In this document: in pieces, positions 17,609-24,000 of the stretch
How positions within the stretch are numbered: the first letter of the stretch is position 1
Layout of the letters: each line of letters starts with the position of its first letter
NCBI GenBank assembly: GCA_937866945.1
Contig: CALMKU010000127.1
Span: 1 to 24,000, forward strand
Reading direction: 5' to 3'
DNA from: an uncultured Tolumonas sp.
Lineage (GTDB): Bacteria; Pseudomonadota; Gammaproteobacteria; Enterobacterales; Aeromonadaceae
DNA: 24,000 bases
Program-made: the position numbers and the translations under genes
The notes under the pieces: generated by a model
Database searches by the model: none
The model's input: only the letters and a program-made list of their open reading frames with translations
Told to the model about the DNA's origin: nothing

Positions 17609-17644
17609 TAATGATGATTAAGTCAGCGATTTGACGGAGACATC

Positions 17645-18391
17645 ATGGATAAGCTGCTTTACATCGCCATGTCAGGCGCCAAAGAAAACCTTAATAGCCT
17701 TGCCGTTCGCAGTAATAATCTGGCGAATGCCAATACCTTGGGTTTTAAAGCCGATTTTGAAGAAGCCCGCGCCATGCAAGCTTACGGTGATGGTTTGCCA
17801 AGTCGTGTTTTTTCTATGGCGGAACGACCAGGGCAAAATTTCCAACAGGGTAGCTTACAAACGACAGGTCGTGAGCTTGACGTGGCTGTTCAGGGCGACG
17901 GCTGGTTGACAGTCCAGGATAAAGACGGCAAAGAAGCCTATACCCGTAACGGTAGTTTGCAAGTGTCACCATTAGGTGTGCTGCAAACATCAACAGGTCT
18001 CAATGTGTTGGATAGCACCGGGCAGCCGATCACGTTACCGATGCCGCTGGAAAAAATTCAGATCACAGAAGATGGCACCATCAATGCCCGATTGCAGGGC
18101 GCTGAGCCTGCTGCAGTAGAAAATCTACAGCAACTCAAACTGGTTAATCCGGTTAATAAAGAGATGACAAAAGGCGAAGACGGTTTGTTTCGGCGCGTTG
18201 ATGGCAAGACAGAAGCAGTTTCGGCAAATGTTCGTCTGGCGAGTGGTGCTTTAGAGAATAGTAACGTCAATGTGGTTGAAGAGTTGACTAACTTAATCAA
18301 GTTGCAACGCCAGTTTGAAACTCAGATCAAGATGATGTCTACGGCTGAAAAAAACGATGAAAGCCAGAACCAATTAATGAAGCTCGGATAA
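17645..18391 (+). CDS. flgF: Flagellar basal-body proximal rod protein FlgF
   Basis: 248 aa, MDKLLYIAMSGAKENLNSLAVRSNNLANANTLGFKADF... and C-terminal LENSNVNVVEELTNLIKLQRQFE. Collinear with Salmonella FlgF. Confidence 0.93.
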   Translation: MDKLLYIAMSGAKENLNSLAVRSNNLANANTLGFKADFEEARAMQAYGDGLPSRVFSMAERPGQNFQQGSLQTTGRELDVAVQGDGWLTVQDKDGKEAYTRNGSLQVSPLGVLQTSTGLNVLDSTGQPITLPMPLEKIQITEDGTINARLQGAEPAAVENLQQLKLVNPVNKEMTKGEDGLFRRVDGKTEAVSANVRLASGALENSNVNVVEELTNLIKLQRQFETQIKMMSTAEKNDESQNQLMKLG

Positions 18392-18408
18392 GCATTAAGG
18401 AGTAAATC

Positions 18409-19197
18409 ATGATTCCTGCACTTTGGATCAGCAAAACCGGGCTGGATGCTCAGCAAACGAATATATCGCAAATTTCCAATAACTTAGCGAATGCCTCAAC
18501 AGTTGGTTATAAAAAAGGCCGCGCTATTTTTGAAGACTTGTTATATCAGAATGTTAATCAGCCTGGCGGTCAATCGTCGGCTAATTCAACCTTACCTTCG
18601 GGCCTGATGATTGGCGCAGGGGCTAAGGTTGTGGCAACCCAGAAAACCTTTACTCAGGGTAGTGTACAAACAACAGATAACTCATTGGATGTCATGATCA
18701 ATGGTCGTGGTTTCTTTGAAGTGCAGTTACCCGATGGTACAACCGGCTATACCCGTAATGGTCAGTTTACGCTGAATTCGGAAGGCACGCTGGTTACCAC
18801 TGGGGAAGGTTATACCGTTCAGCCTGAAATTCAGATGCCGGCAGGTACACAAAGTATCACCATCGGCTCTGATGGTCAGGTTTCCGTTCAGGTGACTGGT
18901 CAAACTGCATCACAAACTGTCGGACAATTGACGGTGACTGATTTTGCCAACCCGGTCGGTTTACAGCCGATAGGCGAAAACCTCTATCTGGCCACGCAAG
19001 GCAGTGGCGATCCCATTCAGGGGATTGCCGGTACGGATGGCATGGGCACGATCAAGCAAGGGATGCTGGAAGCCTCTAACGTTAATGCGACCGAAGAATT
19101 AGTTAATTTGATCCAGGCTCAGCGCGTTTATGAAATGAACTCTAAGGTCATTTCCAGCGTGGATCAAATGTTGTCGAATGTCACCCAACAGTTGTAA
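18409..19197 (+). CDS. flgG: Flagellar basal-body distal rod protein FlgG
   Basis: 262 aa, [47 protein letters not shown]..., strongly collinear with Salmonella FlgG ([31 protein letters not shown]...). AAGGAG RBS. Confidence 0.96.
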   Translation: [262 protein letters not shown]

Positions 19198-19206
19198 GAG
19201 GTGGTT

Positions 19207-19884
19207 ATGCGTAACCGTGCATTGATATTGGCTTGTCTCTGTTCTCTGGCGGCTTGTGCTTCGTTGCCAAATAGCCCTAAGCCGAATGATCCTGACTTTT
19301 CACCGGTTGAACCGGAAGATTATCAGGCAAATATGACGCCAAATGGCTCAATTTTTAATCAGGGTGCTGTGAACAGTATTTATTCTGATATCAAAGCACA
19401 TCGGATTGGCGACATCATTACGGTTGAATTATCGGAATCAACCTCGGCCAGTAAAGGGGCATCGAATCAGCAATCTAAAGATTCGAGTTTAGGTATCGAT
19501 GCCCTCAAACTCGGTGGCGATACGGTTACGCTCAATGGTTATGACACCTCTGCTAGTATGGGCGCGAAAAATAAATTTACAGGGCAAGCTAAAGCAGGTC
19601 AAAGCAACAGTCTGCGAGGTAATATTTCTGTTAGCGTCGTTCGTGTATTACCCAATGGTAATCTGTCGGTTCGCGGCGAAAAATGGCTGATGTTAAATGA
19701 AGGTAATGAATACATTCGTATTACCGGCCTTGTCCGTTCTGAAGATGTGAATGCAGATAACACCGTTTCATCTCAACGTGTGGCTAATGCCCGGATTCAA
19801 TATAGCGGCACGGGTGATTTTGCGAATACACAAGAGCGTGGATGGTTATCTAAGTTCTTTAACGGGCCATATAGTCCCTTCTAG
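19207..19884 (+). CDS. flgH: Flagellar L-ring lipoprotein FlgH
   Basis: MRNRALILACLCSLAACAS has a lipoprotein signal peptide with an LAAC lipobox. The conserved FlgH core is present (IGDIITVEL.E...A, ISVSVVRVLPNGNL.V.GEK). I prefer the ATG at 19207, with AGAGG upstream, over the ORF-track GTG at 19201. Confidence 0.93.
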   Translation: MRNRALILACLCSLAACASLPNSPKPNDPDFSPVEPEDYQANMTPNGSIFNQGAVNSIYSDIKAHRIGDIITVELSESTSASKGASNQQSKDSSLGIDALKLGGDTVTLNGYDTSASMGAKNKFTGQAKAGQSNSLRGNISVSVVRVLPNGNLSVRGEKWLMLNEGNEYIRITGLVRSEDVNADNTVSSQRVANARIQYSGTGDFANTQERGWLSKFFNGPYSPF

Positions 19885-19893
19885 GAGCTGGAT

Positions 19894-20994
19894 ATGAATT
19901 TCACATTGAAAACACTATTGACCGTAATTCTTTTCAGCTTGGTCGTGCCAGCACAAGCTGCGCGGATCAAGGATATTGCTACGGTACAAGGTGTACGGAA
20001 GAATCAGCTGATTGGTTATGGTTTGGTGGTTGGTTTGCCGGGAACAGGTGAAAAAAGTAACGCATTCACGGAGCAAACCTTCAGAACAATGCTAAATAAT
20101 TTTGGTATTAAAGTGCCAGATAGTGTTAAACCAAAAATCAAAGACGTAGCACCAGTGGCGGTACATGCCGATTTACCTGCCTTTTCGAAACCCGGACAAA
20201 CGATTGATGTCACCGTGTCTGCGATAGGTGAAGCCAAGAGTTTACGCGGTGGTACGTTGATCCAGACTTTCCTCAAGGGGGTCGATGGACAAGTTTATGC
20301 ATTAGCACAAGGCAGTCTGGTGGTCGGTGGTTTAGGGGCTGAAGGGGCCGATGGTTCCAAGGTTGTGATCAATACCCCTACGGTCGGCCGTATCCCTAAT
20401 GGTGCTACGGTTGAGCGTGAAGTGCCGAGTTCTTTTGCGCAAGGCGATACGATTACGTTTGATTTACGCCGACCAGACTTTACATCCGCAAAACGTCTGG
20501 CTGATGTTGTGAATGGTTTGGTGGGGCAAAATACTGCGCAGCCGATCGATGCGACGTCAGTACAGGTTTATGCACCTCGAGATCCTGGCCAGCGAGTCGC
20601 GTATCTGGCGACATTGGAAAATCTTGAAGTTGACCCTGCGGATGAAGCGGCAAAAATTATCGTTAACTCTCGCACTGGCACCATCGTTATTGGTAGTCAG
20701 GTTAAGCTGAAACCAGCCGCTATTACGCACGGTGGGTTAACAGTCACGATTAAAGAAGATCCTAACGTATCTCAGCCCGGCGCTTTCTCAAATGGACAGA
20801 CCGTTGTTACACCGAATTCATCCATTACGGTGCAACAGCAAAATAGCCGAATGTTTAAGTTAGATGCGGGTAATTCACTCGATGAATTAGTGAAAGCAGT
20901 CAACATGGTTGGGGTAGCTCCCGGCGATCTGATGGCCATACTGGAAGCGTTACAACAAGCGGGCGCTATTCAGGGTGAGCTGGTGATCCTGTAG
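19894..20994 (+). CDS. flgI: Flagellar P-ring protein FlgI
   Basis: 366 aa with a signal peptide ending AQA, then [31 protein letters not shown], the classic FlgI N-terminus. C-terminus [14 protein letters not shown]. Confidence 0.96.
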   Translation: MNFTLKTLLTVILFSLVVPAQAARIKDIATVQGVRKNQLIGYGLVVGLPGTGEKSNAFTEQTFRTMLNNFGIKVPDSVKPKIKDVAPVAVHADLPAFSKPGQTIDVTVSAIGEAKSLRGGTLIQTFLKGVDGQVYALAQGSLVVGGLGAEGADGSKVVINTPTVGRIPNGATVEREVPSSFAQGDTITFDLRRPDFTSAKRLADVVNGLVGQNTAQPIDATSVQVYAPRDPGQRVAYLATLENLEVDPADEAAKIIVNSRTGTIVIGSQVKLKPAAITHGGLTVTIKEDPNVSQPGAFSNGQTVVTPNSSITVQQQNSRMFKLDAGNSLDELVKAVNMVGVAPGDLMAILEALQQAGAIQGELVIL

Positions 20995-21007
20995 TAGAGG
21001 TGATCAG

Positions 21008-22063
21008 ATGGATAAGTTAATGAGTCAGGGGCTAGCCGGTGATATCCGCAATCTGGATCAGTTACGTCAGATGGGTATTAAGAAAGAGGGTGATACATCA
21101 ACCTCTTCTACCGAAGGCCAACAACAAGCCTTGCAAGCGGCAGCTCGCCAATTTGAAGCCATATTTACGCAAATGTGGATGAAAAGTATGCGCGAAGCAA
21201 ACAGCGCATTGCAGGATGAAGACAGCCCATTTAACAGTCGCGACACTCAGTTTTATCAAGGCATGATGGACGATCAGTTAGCGGCAAATGTTGCCTCCGG
21301 CGGAAAAGGCTCGTTGGCTGAACTGATCGTGAACCAGTTGTCTCCGGTTAAAAAACAATCTGTGGCAAGCACTGATGCTACGAGTCATACTTTAAATATG
21401 CCAAATGCTAATTTACCTGTAATGCAGCGTTTTGCTCACTGGCAGCCAGCTGCAGACAGTTCTGCTCAGACTACCTCAGGTATTCCGTCTGGTGTCTTGG
21501 CAGCAGAGCGCTTTGTTTCGCAAATTCAGGCACAAAAATTGCCAGTAAACAATAATATGGCGAGTGATGATCTCGGAACTGAGCAGCAACAACGCTTTGT
21601 CCGGCAATTACTTCCAGCCGCGAAAATGGTCGCCAGCAAAATGGGGTTATCCCCGGTTGCATTAATTGCACAAGCGGCACTGGAGACGGGGTGGGGTAAG
21701 CATATGATGTCGAACAGCAATGGTTCTTCCAGTAATAACTTATTTGGTGTGAAAGCCAGTGGACGCTGGCAAGGTCAGCAGGCATCAGCGAATAGTTTGG
21801 AGTATCAGCAGGGTAAACCGGTTATGCAGCGTTCTTCTTTTCGCTCATACACTTCGGTGGTTCAGAGCATGCAGGATTACGCTAACCTGATCACATCGTC
21901 AGATCGTTATCAGCAGGCGAGAGCTGTTGCACATGATCCAGATGCTTATTTTGATGAGCTTCAGGCTGCGGGATATGCGACAGATCCCAATTATGCACAA
22001 AAACTGAAACAAGTATTACGCAGTGATGCGTTGCGATCTGTCGTTGCAACGACAGAAATTTAG
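21008..22063 (+). CDS. flgJ: Flagellar rod assembly protein / peptidoglycan hydrolase FlgJ (two-domain form)
   Basis: 351 aa. N-terminal rod-binding motif (AARQFEAIFTQMWMKSMREAN). C-terminal glucosaminidase domain (LIAQAALETGWGKH...NNLFGVKA...YATDPNYAQKL). Confidence 0.92.
   Translation: MDKLMSQGLAGDIRNLDQLRQMGIKKEGDTSTSSTEGQQQALQAAARQFEAIFTQMWMKSMREANSALQDEDSPFNSRDTQFYQGMMDDQLAANVASGGKGSLAELIVNQLSPVKKQSVASTDATSHTLNMPNANLPVMQRFAHWQPAADSSAQTTSGIPSGVLAAERFVSQIQAQKLPVNNNMASDDLGTEQQQRFVRQLLPAAKMVASKMGLSPVALIAQAALETGWGKHMMSNSNGSSSNNLFGVKASGRWQGQQASANSLEYQQGKPVMQRSSFRSYTSVVQSMQDYANLITSSDRYQQARAVAHDPDAYFDELQAAGYATDPNYAQKLKQVLRSDALRSVVATTEI
22037..22056. repeat. Perfect 20-nt palindrome TCTGTCGTTGCAACGACAGA within the last codons of flgJ, 17 nt before the flgK ATG
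   Basis: Read directly: 22037-22046 is the exact reverse complement of 22047-22056. As RNA it can form an 8-bp stem with a UGCA loop. It ends 6 nt before the GGAG RBS of flgK. Confidence 0.9.
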
Positions 22064-22073
22064 GAGATAAAAA

Positions 22074-24000
22074 ATGGCCTCTGATTTACTGAATATTGGC
22101 TCGTCCGGGTTGTTGGCGCAGCAGAAAATGCTGGCAACCACGAGTAGCAACATCTCGAATGTCAGTACAGAGGGTTATTCTCGCCAGAATACGCTGGTGT
22201 ATTCAAATGAAAATACACTGGGTGTTGGCAACAGTTATACTCGCCGTTTGATCGATACTTATGCACAAAGTGAAGTTTGGCGTGATACCGCAACGTATAA
22301 CCAAGTTAATACAACATATACTGAACTATCTCAGTTGGATAAATATCTGAGCAATAGTGCTACCAGTCTATCAGATAGTATTGATAGTTTTTTTACTGCA
22401 ATGCAGGCAGCAAATACCAGCCCGAATACAACGTCAGCACGACAGGGATTGATGGGGCAGATCTCCATAATTACAGATCGTTTTCAAAGTGTATCAACAC
22501 AACTTACCCAGCAAAATGATGATATCAACGGTAAGATTTCGACAGATCTGAGTAGTGTGAACTCTACTCTAAAAGCCATTTCAGATTTGAATGATAAAAT
22601 AGTGAAAACTGCAGGTACTAGTGATGATGGCACCCGTGAAAATTTATTAGATCAGAGAGATCAACTGATTAAGCAATTATCCGAAAAAATGGATATACGA
22701 ACGGTCAGTCAGAGTAATGGCTCAACTTTAGTTAACCTAAATACTGGTGAATCATTAGTACTTGCCGGTAGTTATGCTCAACTTTCCTCTGTATCCGGTA
22801 ATCCAGATCCTAAAAATACTGGTATCCAAGTATCGCAGGGATCAGCAACATTTACCCTGAATAATAAGACTCTGGGTGGAACGTTGGGCGGATATTTTTC
22901 TGCAAGAGATACTATTACCGAAACACAACGTGAAGTTGGTCAACTGGCTTTGTCATTCTCTGACGCCATGAACACCCAAAACAAACAGGGGATGACATTA
23001 AACAACACGCTTGGTGGTGATTTATTTAATGTGGCAGCCAGCGCCGGATTACCTAGTAGCACGAATGCCGGAACCGGCAGTGTGACGATGAGCGTTATTG
23101 CCGGACAGGGAAGTAAGGTTCCGCCGAATGATTTTAAGGTTGTGAATAACGGCGCATCGTATGATGTCTATATGATCGATGCCAGTAGTGGTGCCGCCAC
23201 CAAACTGGCAAGTATGACGCCAGTGAAGACATTAGCCGATTACGGTTTGCAATTAAATCCCGCTACTCCTCCGGCAACGCTTGCAGTTAATGACAGTTTC
23301 CTGCTGCAACCGGCACGAGGCGCTGCGGGTAGCATCACTAAAGTTATTACTGATTCCTCTGATTTGGCATTGGCCTCACCATTGAAAATCAGTGCGGTAG
23401 CTTCAAATACAGGCTCTGCCACCTCATCTTTATCAGTTCAGGATTTTACAAACCCATCATTTACCCCTATTGCTTCACTATTTAATAGCTCCCCGATTAC
23501 TTTAAAAGCCAGTGCACCAGCCTCAATTACGATGACTGCTGCCGGCTATATTGTTAAAAATGCCTCTGGAGGGGTGTTAGGGACCAGTTCATCCGCAACT
23601 AATATATTAGCTAACGCACTTGGAACTGCCCCCGGTTTTGATATCAGCCTTAGTGGTACAGCTAAGATCGGAGATTCGTTTACGCTTAGCTTTAATAAAA
23701 ATGGATTTTCTGACAATAGCAATGGTTTAAAGCTAGCGGCTCTGCAAACAACCGATTTGGTGCGTAAAGGTGCCAGTGATGCTACCGATAATAAAATGAC
23801 CTTTAATGAAGCTTTTACCACGACATTAACGGGAGTTGGCACAACAGTTAATGGGTTGAATACTAGTCTCTCTGCTGCTAATACTAAGTTAACTCAAAGT
23901 CAGGAAATGTATGACAGTGTTGCTGGTGTAAACCTTGATGAAGAAGCTGCTAATTTGGTGCGTTTCCAGCAAGCGTATGCGGCTTCAGCAAAGGTTATTT
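22074..24000 (+). CDS. flgK: Flagellar hook-associated protein 1 FlgK, 5' ~642 codons; the 3' end runs off the right edge
   Basis: Absent from the ORF track because it has no stop in the window. ATG at 22074 with GGAG 8 nt upstream. MASDLLNIGSSGLLAQQKMLATTSSNISNVSTEGYSRQ is the FlgK N-terminal motif. Near the window end, VNLDEEAANLVRFQQAYAASAKVI is the conserved FlgK C-terminal motif, so only about 20-30 codons are missing. Confidence 0.92.
   Translation, partial: MASDLLNIGSSGLLAQQKMLATTSSNISNVSTEGYSRQNTLVYSNENTLGVGNSYTRRLIDTYAQSEVWRDTATYNQVNTTYTELSQLDKYLSNSATSLSDSIDSFFTAMQAANTSPNTTSARQGLMGQISIITDRFQSVSTQLTQQNDDINGKISTDLSSVNSTLKAISDLNDKIVKTAGTSDDGTRENLLDQRDQLIKQLSEKMDIRTVSQSNGSTLVNLNTGESLVLAGSYAQLSSVSGNPDPKNTGIQVSQGSATFTLNNKTLGGTLGGYFSARDTITETQREVGQLALSFSDAMNTQNKQGMTLNNTLGGDLFNVAASAGLPSSTNAGTGSVTMSVIAGQGSKVPPNDFKVVNNGASYDVYMIDASSGAATKLASMTPVKTLADYGLQLNPATPPATLAVNDSFLLQPARGAAGSITKVITDSSDLALASPLKISAVASNTGSATSSLSVQDFTNPSFTPIASLFNSSPITLKASAPASITMTAAGYIVKNASGGVLGTSSSATNILANALGTAPGFDISLSGTAKIGDSFTLSFNKNGFSDNSNGLKLAALQTTDLVRKGASDATDNKMTFNEAFTTTLTGVGTTVNGLNTSLSAANTKLTQSQEMYDSVAGVNLDEEAANLVRFQQAYAASAKVI

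Noticed and set aside
21858-21873. Sigma-54-like motif TGGTTC-AGAGC-ATGCA inside flgJ, about 200 nt upstream of flgK
   Set aside because: Only about 8 of 11 consensus positions match. A bare TGG-N9-TGC pattern is expected roughly a dozen times by chance in 24 kb on both strands, and this one is inside coding sequence. It is worth checking only if transcript mapping shows a 5' end near 21885.
22074-24000. FlgK length (over 642 aa) and its Ser/Thr/Asn-rich central region as a possible unusual insertion
   Set aside because: As far as I recall, FlgK proteins of polar-flagellated Vibrio/Aeromonas-type systems are commonly 620-680 aa with variable central domains. Without an alignment I cannot argue this one is atypical.
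1-24000. Whole-window search for mobile elements, CRISPR arrays, tRNA/rRNA genes, toxin-antitoxin or defence-like cassettes, and long direct or inverted repeats
   Set aside because: None seen. All intergenic regions are 280 nt or shorter and are accounted for by promoters and terminators. All ORFs over 130 aa that are not antisense artefacts have clear housekeeping or flagellar identities. I therefore do not claim a novel system here.

Overview
This window looks like conserved core chromosome of a facultatively anaerobic, polar-flagellated gammaproteobacterium. Protein sequences and gene order resemble the Aeromonadales, Vibrionales and Enterobacterales, but I cannot assign a genus without a database search. 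Essentially every base is accounted for by recognisable genes. The left 9.5 kb is a mixed-acid fermentation block: pta (partial) and ackA on the minus strand, divergent yfbV, then pflA, pflB, focA and ycaO on the minus strand. asd follows on the plus strand. The right 13 kb is a Vibrio/Aeromonas-type polar flagellar 'region 1': flgN, flgM and flgA on the minus strand, then divergent cheV, cheR, flgBCDEFGHIJ and a 3'-truncated flgK. Gene calls rest on by-eye matches to E. coli and Salmonella homologues recalled from memory, plus motifs, Shine-Dalgarno sites and synteny. No search was run. I also read several regulatory elements directly from the sequence: a near-consensus sigma-28 promoter before flgM; sigma-54 promoters before flgB, flgF and flgA; an FNR-like box before focA; and intrinsic terminators after pflB, ycaO, asd and flgE. 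I found no mobile elements, CRISPR arrays, tRNA or rRNA genes, defence-like genes or orphan ORFs, and no convincing undescribed system. The points most worth a second look are modest. They are an apparently interleaved flgA/cheV promoter pair that would give antisense 5' leaders, an enlarged FlgE (520 aa) with an inserted low-GC segment, a terminator plus internal sigma-54 promoter splitting the hook genes from the distal rod genes, a perfect 20-nt palindrome just before flgK, and a standalone ycaO retained next to the glycyl-radical enzyme operon.
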